From Thermoplasmata archaeon (GTDB lineage Archaea > Thermoplasmatota > Thermoplasmata > Thermoplasmatales > GCA-001856825): DNA of 64,000 nucleotides. Within the stretch, counting starts at the first letter, position 1. Each line of letters begins with the position of its first letter. Shown piece after piece: positions 10,943 through 20,031 of this stretch. The notes beneath the pieces are model-generated. The model was not told the DNA's origin. It worked only from the letters and a program-made list of their open reading frames with translations, and did no database searches. The translations under genes and the position numbers were made by a program. The stretch spans positions 32,001-96,000 of the forward strand of contig JAJYUZ010000001.1 of assembly GCA_021792255.1 (NCBI GenBank), in the 5' to 3' direction.

Positions 10943-11979
10943 TGTTTTCTGGGAAAAAAGCTTATCCTATTTCCTTTCTTTAAAACCATTATTTTTTCAT
11001 AGAAATTTGGCCTAGTTACCAGTTGGTACGCGGTCAGTTTTTCGTCAGGGAAGAATAGATATTTTTCTTGGTTCATCTTTAATTTGAGCCTAGAGATAAC
11101 TCTCCTTGGGTTGTCTATAACTGTCGACAGGACTTCTTCTGGACTAAGCCTGTTAAGTTTTCTCTGATACCTGTACAGGAACTCTACTTCTTCCATTATT
11201 GCAGGCTCCGTTATGAATGCATTATCGGTCCCTAGCAATACCGTCAGTCCGAATCGAAAGAGTCGGGAATAATCGGGTCTCTTTCCGTGAAAAACATTCG
11301 ATCTTGGGGTTATCGTGACCGGGATACCAGATCTGCTAAGGGCTTTAAGATCGCCGTCCGTTACCTCAATGCAGTGCACTATGTAGTCTGGCTTTAAGTC
11401 AAGAAGGCTCTTTATGTCCTCTCTTTTATTTTCACTGAAATGAATCGCAAATATTTTTTTTCTCTCGTGAGCTGAATTAGCGAGATCTTTCAGACATTTC
11501 AGATCGTGATCTGCGAGGGCACTCATACCAAAACCCGCAGATTTATTAAGAAGTGATGGAATTTCCTCGCTCGTCGTTGGTCTCGTTAGGAAGAAGCCGG
11601 TTATGTCATTGAATTTCGGGGCTAGGTTCAGTCCTTTCATTCCAGACTCTCTGAAGTCGAAGAATGCAAGTGTCCCTTGGTTTTTCATGAAATCAATGGA
11701 TCTCTTCATGGACCTTTTAACAACGGAGGCAGGTGCCTGATTTAAAGCCCTCATCTTGAACCCACCTGGTCCGACTATCTGTTCTAAGCTCCCCTCTGGT
11801 TCGGAGCTTATGAAGGAATCTCCGAGATGAGTGTGAAAATTAATGGGTGCCTCGATCAGTGTACCCTCAACATCCGATGGCGTAGAAGAGTCAACAAACC
11901 TGTCTCGTAGAATGCTGTACTTGCCATCTTTCATTTCTCCATCTTTGTAGATGGAGCCATTTACGATTAAATCTTTCAC
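10939..11979 (-). CDS. Metal-dependent amidohydrolase/deaminase
   Basis: INFHTHLGD, IHFSE, IVHC, TPRSN, LGTDN motifs. Confidence 0.85.
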   Translation of the reverse strand: MKDLIVNGSIYKDGEMKDGKYSILRDRFVDSSTPSDVEGTLIEAPINFHTHLGDSFISSEPEGSLEQIVGPGGFKMRALNQAPASVVKRSMKRSIDFMKNQGTLAFFDFRESGMKGLNLAPKFNDITGFFLTRPTTSEEIPSLLNKSAGFGMSALADHDLKCLKDLANSAHERKKIFAIHFSENKREDIKSLLDLKPDYIVHCIEVTDGDLKALSRSGIPVTITPRSNVFHGKRPDYSRLFRFGLTVLLGTDNAFITEPAIMEEVEFLYRYQRKLNRLSPEEVLSTVIDNPRRVISRLKLKMNQEKYLFFPDEKLTAYQLVTRPNFYEKIMVLKKGNRISFFPRKH

Positions 11980-12033
11980 GTTTCGTCATAGTACGTAGGG
12001 TTAAATATTTTTAATCTAAGTAGATAATAGAAG

Positions 12034-13299
12034 GTGGAATTCCTCAGAGATTTACGAGGATTTAGAAGGACCCCCTTCAGGGATGAGATAGTCAACTCCA
12101 TCGATTACGCATTTGCCAAAAATCTTCCTGAGCAGAGAGTACTATCGTTCCTGAGTCAGAAGAGAGATCTGGAAATAGAGGGGAAGCTCGTTGTCGTCGG
12201 ATTCGGAAAGGCGGGAAGAGGGATGTACGAAGGAGCTAGAAGATTCTTCGCAGATAGAATTTCAACTGCAAGGATGATAATTCCGGCTCAAGCGAAAGAA
12301 GAGTTAGAATATCCATTTCTCCAGGGAAATCACCCATTTCCAGCCAAGGAGTCAATAAAGAACTCCAAACTGCTTATCGGTTCGCTAAAGAATCTAGAGC
12401 GAGAAGACTTGGTATTAGTCCTAATCTCCGGGGGAGGCTCATCTCTTTTTGAAATTCCAAGAAAAGGTGTTAGACTAGAAAAATACAATAGAACAATAAG
12501 CTGCATGATGAAAAATGGAGCCAACATCGAAGAAATGAACGCAGTTCGGTCCTTATTTTCGAGGACGAAGGGCGGAGGGCTTCTGAATTTCACCTACCCT
12601 GCAAGGGTCTTGAGTCTCATAATTTCTGATGTGCCTGGAGATTCAGAGAGCATCGTCGCGTCGGGTCCCACCTCCGTCCCTCAGAAACAAACTTTGATCA
12701 GGAAGACGCTGGTGAGGTACAAGCAGTGTGGTGAGATTCCCCAAGTCAGCAGAGAAAAACCTGTGAAATCATATAAGGCAGATAACAACGTAATCTTGAA
12801 AAATTCAGATTTTGTTAGTGCGATTCACGAAAGACTAGTTGAAAGAGGATTCGTATCGGCGAACATAGGGTCAGGAATAGTCGGCAACACAGACTTGGTC
12901 GCAAAGTACTTGGTAAACAAGATGCGGTCTTTCCACAAGGAAGAAAAGAAACCAATTTTCATTGTTGGAGGTGGTGAGACATCTACTAGATTCACGGGTA
13001 AAGGGATAGGAGGACGCAATCTCGAACTTACCCTAAAAGTGTTGTTGCTTATGAAGAAAAATGAAGAGTTCGCTTTTGGGAGCATTGGAACAGATGGTCA
13101 AGATGGAACGAGTGGCGCAATGGGTGCAATAGTCGATAACGACACTCTGAAGTCTCTTGATAGAGAATTCATAGTCAGCGAGCTCTCCAAGAGCGAGAGT
13201 TTAGAACCTTTGAAGTTAACACAAGACGTCCTATTCACCGGCAATACTGGCACGAATGTGGCAGACATCCTCATAGGTTACTATGCAGGAATCGGATGA
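12034..13299 (+). CDS. Glycerate 2-kinase (MOFRL family)
   Basis: GFGKA, LISGGGSSL, SDVPGD..IVASGP, GGET, GGRNLE, TDGQDG, TGTNVAD. Confidence 0.9.
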   Translation: MEFLRDLRGFRRTPFRDEIVNSIDYAFAKNLPEQRVLSFLSQKRDLEIEGKLVVVGFGKAGRGMYEGARRFFADRISTARMIIPAQAKEELEYPFLQGNHPFPAKESIKNSKLLIGSLKNLEREDLVLVLISGGGSSLFEIPRKGVRLEKYNRTISCMMKNGANIEEMNAVRSLFSRTKGGGLLNFTYPARVLSLIISDVPGDSESIVASGPTSVPQKQTLIRKTLVRYKQCGEIPQVSREKPVKSYKADNNVILKNSDFVSAIHERLVERGFVSANIGSGIVGNTDLVAKYLVNKMRSFHKEEKKPIFIVGGGETSTRFTGKGIGGRNLELTLKVLLLMKKNEEFAFGSIGTDGQDGTSGAMGAIVDNDTLKSLDREFIVSELSKSESLEPLKLTQDVLFTGNTGTNVADILIGYYAGIG

Positions 13300-13312
13300 A
13301 AACGGTGAAACA

Positions 13313-14875
13313 CTACGTAGCTTTGAATCTGGTGATTCCACCAATTATCGTTTCAACGACCTTAACGCTCCTGAGGTTCTGAGTATCGAACGGATCTTTA
13401 CTCAGTATTGCAAAATCTGCAAAATTACCGACTTCCAGCGATCCTATCTTGCCGTTCATTAATAGCGATGCGGATCCAGCAGTGTACAAATAAAGGGCAG
13501 TCGAAAGGTCGACCCTCTCATTTGCCGAATATTCCAGAATTTCTCTCTTTTCCCTCTCTCCTCTATTTACAGCAGCATCAACAGACAGCCAGGGATCTGG
13601 AGACGACACGGGAGAATCAGTCGAAATTCCAAGCTTGACGTTACTCGCAAAAAGAGTAGCGAGGGGATACGACATTTTACTCCGTTCCTTTCCTAATCTT
13701 CTAACGGCCCACCAGTCGTCTATGACGAAAGCAGGTTGGACAGATACCCCGATTCCTAACTCTTTTAGTTTACTAGTGTGGTCTTGCCTCAGTACAGTGC
13801 AATGCTCAATTCTCGGTTCAATCAGAATCTTAGGATCGGTTCTGGAAACCGCATCAATGACGGCATCTATGCCTTTATCACCAATTGCGTGAATGGCAAA
13901 CTGCGCCCTTTTCCCTTTGAGTCTTTCAAAGGTCCCGATCAATTTTTCCGAATTCAAGTAGAGGATGCCTTCGTTGGTCGAATCATCTGCATATGGTTCT
14001 CTCAATGCAGCTGTCCCTGCTCCTAGAGCTCCATCGACAAAGAGTTTTATTCCGTTAATTTGCAAATAAGTGTTGCTTCCTACTTTATTTCTAAGATCCT
14101 CCAGTCTGTCCATGCACTCGTCCTTTAAGTAAGCGAATACCCTTAAACCCAACTTTGAACCTTCACTTGACAAGAAATCTACCGATTCGCAGCCACAAGA
14201 TACGAACCCCACCGATGTTATTCCAAGAGAAAGAAGGTAATTTGATGCACTGAGCAGGTTTCTTTCCAGATTTCCTGCGATTTCTAATGCCTTTTCTTTG
14301 AAAAACCACGCGGCTTCTTCCTTTACTACCCCACTCAATTTTCCGTCTGGGGACACTGGAAAAATGGGATCAGGGAAGACGTTTGAATTCAAATATTCGA
14401 GCATTTTGGTATTTATCACCGCGGCATGCTCGCAGAATCTTTCCAGGAACACTGGAATCCCGGTTTCAACTTTATCGATATCCCCCCTATTGGGCCATCT
14501 GCCTTCCGAAAAAGATTCTTGATCCCAACCCATGCCTATTATCACTCGAACGTCAGGATTCTTAAGGTGATAGTCGTGGAGCCTTTTCTTCATTTCCTTG
14601 ATAGAATCACTACCTCTTAGGTCCAGAAAATTCAACGAGCCTCCTAGATCGTCGAGATGAATATGGGAATCGACAAATCCCGGTATCACAATTCTCTTGT
14701 TCAGGTTTACGAAAGTAACTACTTTCTTCCCATACAGCTCCATTGCTTCTTCAGACTTTCCACAAAATTCTATCTTATCTCCATTTGTGACTATTGATTC
14801 AACTGTCGTCAAGGGGATGAATTTGGAATAAATAGTTCCATTATAGAAAATTTTGATATCGTCTGTGCGTCTCAT
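13313..14875 (-). CDS. YtcJ-like amidohydrolase (amidohydrolase 3 family)
   Basis: PGFVDSHIH, KLFVDGALG, HAIGDKG, RIEHC, STDSP, GSLEVGNFADF. Confidence 0.9.
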   Translation of the reverse strand: MRRTDDIKIFYNGTIYSKFIPLTTVESIVTNGDKIEFCGKSEEAMELYGKKVVTFVNLNKRIVIPGFVDSHIHLDDLGGSLNFLDLRGSDSIKEMKKRLHDYHLKNPDVRVIIGMGWDQESFSEGRWPNRGDIDKVETGIPVFLERFCEHAAVINTKMLEYLNSNVFPDPIFPVSPDGKLSGVVKEEAAWFFKEKALEIAGNLERNLLSASNYLLSLGITSVGFVSCGCESVDFLSSEGSKLGLRVFAYLKDECMDRLEDLRNKVGSNTYLQINGIKLFVDGALGAGTAALREPYADDSTNEGILYLNSEKLIGTFERLKGKRAQFAIHAIGDKGIDAVIDAVSRTDPKILIEPRIEHCTVLRQDHTSKLKELGIGVSVQPAFVIDDWWAVRRLGKERSKMSYPLATLFASNVKLGISTDSPVSSPDPWLSVDAAVNRGEREKREILEYSANERVDLSTALYLYTAGSASLLMNGKIGSLEVGNFADFAILSKDPFDTQNLRSVKVVETIIGGITRFKAT

Positions 14876-14967
14876 ACAATCTCAACTATTAGAAATGTAA
14901 AGATTTTTGGTTCAATCAGCGAGGTCACCACAAAGTATTATTTTCTTCAGTTCGATGACTGGCGGGA

Positions 14968-15642
14968 ATGGAAAGGGAAAAGGTAGTACTGTCTTGGAGC
15001 GGAGGAAAGGACAGTGCGCTTACGCTGCACACTCTGTTGGCCCAGAAGGAATTCGAAGTTGTGTATCTTCTAACCACCGTAACAAGAGATTATGGAAGAA
15101 TCAGCATGCACGGAGTGAGAGAAGAGTTGCTGTCAGAACAGGCAAGACGTACTTCAATTGAATCGGATATCGCATACATTACGAAGGATGCTACAGACGA
15201 AGAATATGAAAAATCGATGAGTGAGAAAATTTTCAAGTATGCTGCTGAAGGAGTAACGAGCGTTGCATTCGGCGACCTGTATTTGGAAGATATAAGAAAA
15301 TACAGAGAGGATAAAATGTCCAAAACGGGGATGAAGTGTACTTTTCCACTCTGGGGAAAAGATACGACTATTCTCGCACACGATTTCATAAAAAAGGGAT
15401 TTAAGGCCATAATATGCACCATTGATCCCAGAAAACTCGGAAGGGAGTTTGCTGGTAAGGAGTTTGACGAAGATTTCCTCTCATCACTACCTCGAGGAGT
15501 TGATCCGTGTGGTGAAAATGGAGAATTTCACAGCTTCGTTTACGAAGGTCCAATATTTGACAGTCCAATCCCGGTAAGAAGAGGAGAAAACGTTCTCAGA
15601 GGCAACTTCTATTTCACGGACATTCTTCTTGGCAATCAGTGA
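14968..15642 (+). CDS. PP-loop ATPase of the diphthamide-synthase-like family (bacterial-type paralog, function unknown)
   Basis: SWSGGKDS PP-loop, RISMHGVR, FGDLYLEDIR.YRE, DPCGENGEFHSFV. Confidence 0.82.
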   Translation: MEREKVVLSWSGGKDSALTLHTLLAQKEFEVVYLLTTVTRDYGRISMHGVREELLSEQARRTSIESDIAYITKDATDEEYEKSMSEKIFKYAAEGVTSVAFGDLYLEDIRKYREDKMSKTGMKCTFPLWGKDTTILAHDFIKKGFKAIICTIDPRKLGREFAGKEFDEDFLSSLPRGVDPCGENGEFHSFVYEGPIFDSPIPVRRGENVLRGNFYFTDILLGNQ

Positions 15643-15706
15643 ATCCTTTCCGTTTGCTACAGATTTTATACAAGCAATTCTTGAGAACCTTACTGGTGAG
15701 AAACTT

Positions 15707-16285
15707 ATGAGTAATGTTTCACCTAGCAAGCTGAGGTGTGGTTGGTCTTCCAGCGAACAGGTAATGACCGAGTACCACGACACGGAGTGGGGAGTACCTA
15801 TTCACGATGATAGAAAAATGTTTGAATTTCTGGTTCTTGAAGGCGCTCAAGCGGGCCTTAGTTGGGTAACTATTCTAAAGAGACGAACTGCTTACAAAAA
15901 AGCGTTTGATAATTTTAACTACAATGAGGTCGCCAAGTATGATAAGAAGAAAATCGACGAACTTGTGCAAAACGAAACGATCATCAGAAACAGGCTCAAG
16001 ATAGAGTCGGCAGTGACAAATGCAAGGGCGCTCATAAACGTTAGAAAAGAATTCGGTTCCTTTGAAAAATACCTCTGGCAGTTTGTTGGAGGAGAGCCGA
16101 TAAAGAATCAGTGGAAAACGCTCAAGTGTGTCCCTGCCAAGACAGACATCTCTGACCTAATGAGTAAGGACTTAATGAGGAGAGGGTTCAAATTCATGGG
16201 GTCGACGATATGCTATGCCCACATGCAGGCTACCGGATTGGTCAATGACCATTTGGTGTCGTGCTTCAGGTACGATCAGATATAG
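15707..16285 (+). CDS. tag: DNA-3-methyladenine glycosylase I
   Basis: RCGW, YHDTEWG, LEGAQAGLSW, IIRNRLKI, MQATGLVNDHLVSC. Start placed at ATG 15707 after GGTGA. Confidence 0.93.
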   Translation: MSNVSPSKLRCGWSSSEQVMTEYHDTEWGVPIHDDRKMFEFLVLEGAQAGLSWVTILKRRTAYKKAFDNFNYNEVAKYDKKKIDELVQNETIIRNRLKIESAVTNARALINVRKEFGSFEKYLWQFVGGEPIKNQWKTLKCVPAKTDISDLMSKDLMRRGFKFMGSTICYAHMQATGLVNDHLVSCFRYDQI

Positions 16286-16389
16286 GCTTGAATAGAGTAG
16301 CCCGAAGTGAACGTATTTGGTCTAGTCGAATCAAAATTAAGAAAAAGCAAGATGCAAATGTAATATAACTCGGGTCAGATATCTCCAGC

Positions 16390-17547
16390 ATGAAAAAATT
16401 GCTCATGATTCCAGGCCCAATTGAGTACGATAGTGACGTTCTGAACGCACTGTCTCTCCCTACTATTTCTCACTCTTCGAAGGAGTTCATCTCTGTTTAC
16501 AGGGACGCGCTACTGAATTTGAGTGCAATTTTTGGATCTTCGACGAGCGACAGCTTACCATTCATCATCTCTGGATCTGGAACTCTGGGGATGGAGGCAT
16601 CCGTCGTCAACTTCATCAAGAGGGATTCGAAAGTTCTAGTGGTAAACACAGGATACTTCGGTGATAGATTCGTCGACCTGCTTTCTAGATTCACCAGCAA
16701 TTTTGAACAGATCAAACCTGCACTTGGTGAAGCCGTCGATCCTTCTCTTGTAAGAGAGAAAATTGACACAAACGAATACGAATTGATAACAGTCACGCAC
16801 GTTGACACAAGCACAGGCGTGCGGAACGACGTCAAGCGAATCGCAGAAATCACAAGAAACTCAGACACTTTGTTGGTCGTCGATGCAGTCTGTTCTGCAG
16901 GCGGAGAGAATTTAGACATGAAATGGGGGATAGACGTGGCGTTTTCGGCATCACAGAAAGCGCTGGGGGCTCCTCCCGGACTGGCAGTCGGGGTTGCGAG
17001 CAACAGGGCAATTTCAAGAATGGAAAAATTACCGCCCCTGTCATTCTTTTCGGATTTAAGGAAATGGAAGGTAGTGTCAACGGGGGTTCTGGATTCAAAG
17101 GGTGGGTACTTCGGGACCCCGAACGTCAATCTGGTTTTGGCTTTGGGTATCAGTCTCTCCAAAATAATGAAAGAAGGAATGGAGGTCAGGATCAGGAGGC
17201 ACGAGCTGATGTCCGCTTCCATAAGGGCAGGACTAGAAAGCATGGGACTTGAAATGATTGCCAAAAAGGCATACGCAAATACAGTTTCTGCAGTCTATCT
17301 CCCTCAAGGGGTGGATCTCAAGAAGTTCTTGGAACACGCAGAAGACAGAGGGGTAGTTTTTGCATCAGGCCTGATCAAAGAAATTGGTGGCAGATATTTC
17401 AGAATTGGACACATGGGAAACATAGGCCCTTCAGAGGTGATGATCTCAATCGGGGCAATCGAAAAAGCACTGGAAGCAAATGGGCATTTGATGAGACCGG
17501 GAATCGGTCTTTCAGCTGCGCAATCTAATCTTTTCAAATCCAGTTAA
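16390..17547 (+). CDS. Class V aminotransferase (alanine-glyoxylate/serine-pyruvate type)
   Basis: LMIPGP, SGSGTLGME, HVDTSTG, VDAVCS, PLP lysine in SASQKALGAPPG, FRIGHMG. Confidence 0.9.
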   Translation: MKKLLMIPGPIEYDSDVLNALSLPTISHSSKEFISVYRDALLNLSAIFGSSTSDSLPFIISGSGTLGMEASVVNFIKRDSKVLVVNTGYFGDRFVDLLSRFTSNFEQIKPALGEAVDPSLVREKIDTNEYELITVTHVDTSTGVRNDVKRIAEITRNSDTLLVVDAVCSAGGENLDMKWGIDVAFSASQKALGAPPGLAVGVASNRAISRMEKLPPLSFFSDLRKWKVVSTGVLDSKGGYFGTPNVNLVLALGISLSKIMKEGMEVRIRRHELMSASIRAGLESMGLEMIAKKAYANTVSAVYLPQGVDLKKFLEHAEDRGVVFASGLIKEIGGRYFRIGHMGNIGPSEVMISIGAIEKALEANGHLMRPGIGLSAAQSNLFKSS

Positions 17548-17648
17548 ATGGTCCCTTCATCAAAATCTCGGAAAATTCAGGGGCTTACCTGACAACATAA
17601 TCTTCTCATCGAAAAGCTTACAGGCATCTCTATTCAAGTGTCCAATAC

Positions 17649-17990
17649 TCAGTGCATCTTCTTGAGCTCGTCAAGATATTCTTTTAGCTTTATAGATTCC
17701 ATCAATGCTGGGGTTCCACCCATTAGCAGCGCGATAAAGGTCGCTTCGTTCAATTCGTCCTCAGTGACTCCGCTATCCATTGCGAGTTTTAAATGATAAG
17801 CTAAGCACCAATCACATCTCTGGGTGAGGGACAGTGTCACGAAAATGAGTTCCTTGTATTTTACGGGGATTTTACCAGAACTCATGACACTCTCGATGAG
17901 TTTCATATATTCCTTGGTGGGCTCAGGAAAAGAAGCAGAATAGTTACCAAATATCCTCTGAATTTCACTCAATTTTTCTGAGAGTTCCAT
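17649..17990 (-). CDS. AhpD/carboxymuconolactone decarboxylase family protein
   Basis: KYKELI...CDWCLAYH..LA...GVTEDEL..A...MGGTPA. Confidence 0.87.
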   Translation of the reverse strand: MELSEKLSEIQRIFGNYSASFPEPTKEYMKLIESVMSSGKIPVKYKELIFVTLSLTQRCDWCLAYHLKLAMDSGVTEDELNEATFIALLMGGTPALMESIKLKEYLDELKKMH

Positions 17991-18051
17991 GGCAAATTAA
18001 ACCGTGCAAAGAAATGAGTCTTTTGTATCTTTTCTCACTAAGGTTTTTGCC

Positions 18052-18435
18052 TTATATTGCAAAAGAATCTAGCAGGGAAAACATTTCCTCTTCGTATTTT
18101 CTGATTTGGTTAGATGCCTCTGGATAGACGTAGTCGGTGACCTGAGTGACGCTGAGAACCCTAATTTTTGTGATCTTACCTTCTTGATAGATTATCATCT
18201 TGCACGGAACAAACAGACCATTCAAGTCGTCTTTACCAATGATTTCTTTAGCTGCAGTAGGCTTGCATATCTCAAGTATGTGATAGTCTTTGAAGTCATA
18301 GTTCAGAGCGTTCTTTAGTATGTTCTTCACATTTATGTCAGCAATGACTACGTACCCTCCTTTCTTAAGGTGGACGAGAAGGGCTGCCATGACATCATCA
18401 ATATTCGATTCAATTTCTTTCGCCGAATAGAACAT
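18052..18435 (-). CDS. DUF302 family protein
   Basis: YHILEICKP..A and GLFVPCKMIIY motifs; 127 aa. Confidence 0.85.
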   Translation of the reverse strand: MFYSAKEIESNIDDVMAALLVHLKKGGYVVIADINVKNILKNALNYDFKDYHILEICKPTAAKEIIGKDDLNGLFVPCKMIIYQEGKITKIRVLSVTQVTDYVYPEASNQIRKYEEEMFSLLDSFAI

Positions 18436-18552
18436 TTTATGAATTATAGAATCGAAAATAAGAATCTTTTGTCTCTTGTAATTTTGTTCCGCTAGACTTT
18501 TCCAATACCTTTGATAAATGTACGATAAAGATGAGAAACCGGCAAAATAATT

Positions 18553-18590
18553 AAAAGAGCATCTCGACCGACGTCGTTCTGCTCTTTTTT
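18553..18590. terminator. Hairpin with T-tracts on both strands (bidirectional terminator-like)
   Basis: AAAAGAGCA-tct-CGAC-cgac-GTCG-ttc-TGCTCTTTT(TT), about 20 nt downstream of the 59-aa ORF stop. Confidence 0.6.
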
Positions 18591-18608
18591 ACCGAGTGAT
18601 GGTCAGTC

Positions 18609-18788
18609 TCACTGTCTCTTTTGCAACAGATTTGTGATTACGGTGTGTGCGTGTGTCATAGCTGGCACGTGGTTCAGTGCATTGGTGAGTCCTATTACAT
18701 TTCCCATATGTGCCGCAGCTATCGTTGTTCCCGCTACACTCCCTGCAATCGCCAATCCTTTTGCAATCGCCAATCCTGTAATTGTCAT
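18609..18788 (-). CDS. 59-aa Gly/Ala/Thr-rich hydrophobic peptide with His-rich C-terminal half (unknown function; not in ORF track)
   Basis: MTITGLAIAKGLAIAGSVAGTTIAAAHMGNVIGLTNALNHVPAMTHAHTVITNLLQKRQ*; TTTAAAA box about 21 nt before the ATG (leaderless geometry) and a hairpin after the stop. Confidence 0.65.
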   Translation of the reverse strand: MTITGLAIAKGLAIAGSVAGTTIAAAHMGNVIGLTNALNHVPAMTHAHTVITNLLQKRQ

Positions 18789-19033
18789 ATTCTAAGCATT
18801 TCACTGGCATTTTAAAGGTATTGGTACAAAAGTCTAAGGATTTGAAAAATGCCCTAGAGGCTGTAGAAATGACTATTGAATATGAAACGCTAGCTCTATT
18901 GGTAATTCAAGTACTCTGTGACGGTAAAATAAGTGACCTAAATAATCTCTCTTGAATTCATTTATTCATTTTTTTCATTTTACAATTCCCAGAAAAAGTT
19001 CAAATAATTGAGAGAAAATATCAACCGAGTATT

Positions 19034-19261
19034 ATGAGGGAGGGGAACTTAGACAAAGAGTACATTTCTGGTAGAAGAGATCAGTACGACTTAGACCTGA
19101 CGACCTTTTGGGAGAGCGTAAAGGAAACAAAGTCCCGAGAAGAATTGATACGAGTTTTTAGAGACAAAATGTCATTGATAATCTCGCGGCTTGCATTCGA
19201 GAGGGCGAAAAATCTACAAATGGAAATAGAACTGATGGACCAATTCTACCACGGAGACTAG
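19034..19261 (+). CDS. Hypothetical protein
   Basis: 75-aa ORF with helical, charged composition; ends 2 nt from the convergent wHTH gene. Confidence 0.5.
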   Translation: MREGNLDKEYISGRRDQYDLDLTTFWESVKETKSREELIRVFRDKMSLIISRLAFERAKNLQMEIELMDQFYHGD

Positions 19262-19263
19262 GC

Positions 19264-19542
19264 TCAAGACTCCTTGAGCAGAGCCTCAATTTCCTTGACT
19301 TTCAGTGCGATCTGGCGGCCCTTGTTCGTGAGAGTAATAATATTTCGTTTCGGATAGCTCGAACTATCGATTTTCTTCTGTATCAGCTTAAGATCTATCA
19401 ACAACTCTACTGACCTAAGGAGTTGAATATTTGGGATGTCAGTTTCCTTTAAAATCAAGGTAACGTAAGATGGTCCTTTCAGTAGGTACAAAAGAAGCCT
19501 CATTGCACCAGATTGAGTCTCCAGTGCTTTGATCAACACCAT
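19264..19542 (-). CDS. Winged helix-turn-helix regulator (MarR/HxlR-like)
   Basis: RLLLYL, LLRSVELLIDLKLI, wing YPKRNIITLTNKGRQIA. Confidence 0.8.
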   Translation of the reverse strand: MVLIKALETQSGAMRLLLYLLKGPSYVTLILKETDIPNIQLLRSVELLIDLKLIQKKIDSSSYPKRNIITLTNKGRQIALKVKEIEALLKES

Positions 19543-19645
19543 GATTAATTATTAATTATGTACTAAATAATAAGTCATATTCCATTATAGATTAGATAAT
19601 AGATAATGTTCTATACTAGCCCGTCATTAACCAGGTGCTATTAAA

Positions 19646-19903
19646 ATGACGGATGAGAGACTTGTACGGGATTGTAATACAAGCAAAGGGTCTTCTTTGG
19701 GTCGCTTAATAAGAAACAGAGATATTAGTGACATTTCCCTCTACTTAAATATCTCAAAGGTAGTTAGAAAGAGAGATAAAACCGAAATAGTATCCGACAT
19801 ATTTTCTGATCGAGTCATTTGTGAAATAGTTACTAGGACAAAGGTGGGTATTCCTTCAAAATCTTGTCATTTGAGAGAAGAGGCTGTACAAATATGGGTA
19901 TGA
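19646..19903 (+). CDS. Hypothetical protein divergent from wHTH
   Basis: AGGTG Shine-Dalgarno upstream; stop codon overlaps the next ATG (ATGA). Confidence 0.45.
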   Translation: MTDERLVRDCNTSKGSSLGRLIRNRDISDISLYLNISKVVRKRDKTEIVSDIFSDRVICEIVTRTKVGIPSKSCHLREEAVQIWV

Positions 19904-20031
19904 TTATTCAAGGTTTTTCGGAAAAGTCTCTTGAAATTATCAAAAGGATATTAAAAGCTGAACAGGAACAGTCGGAAGTAGAGAACAGTACCAATAAGAG
20001 AAAAGAGACATTAGAAAGTAGGAAACACTAG
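19900..20031 (+). CDS. 43-aa hypothetical protein (not in ORF track)
   Basis: MIIQGFSEKSLEIIKRILKAEQEQSEVENSTNKRKETLESRKH*; ATGA coupling to the previous ORF. Confidence 0.45.
   Translation: MIIQGFSEKSLEIIKRILKAEQEQSEVENSTNKRKETLESRKH

Larger units (their letters stand above)
18493..18836. repeat. Imperfect inverted repeat pair (18493-18512 and 18814-18836) bracketing a small gene
   Basis: Left arm TAGACTTTTCCAATACCTTT; reverse complement of right arm TAGACTTTTGTACCAATACCTTT (20/20 identical with a 3-nt insertion). Confidence 0.7.

Noticed and set aside
16497-17264. 255-aa antisense ORF, and similar long antisense ORFs such as 5758-6288, 23848-24351, 60232-60837 and 62395-62910
   Set aside because: They lie opposite well-conserved genes and have the Ser/Phe/Ile-rich composition typical of shadow frames.
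18589-18810. 73-aa Cys-rich ORF (RIGDC repeats) that looks like a metallothionein or RiPP precursor
   Set aside because: Its ATG sits at the edge of the TATA-like box, and the cysteines arise from reading Ala/Ile codons of the 59-aa ORF out of frame. No modifying enzymes are nearby. The 59-aa frame fits the promoter spacing better.
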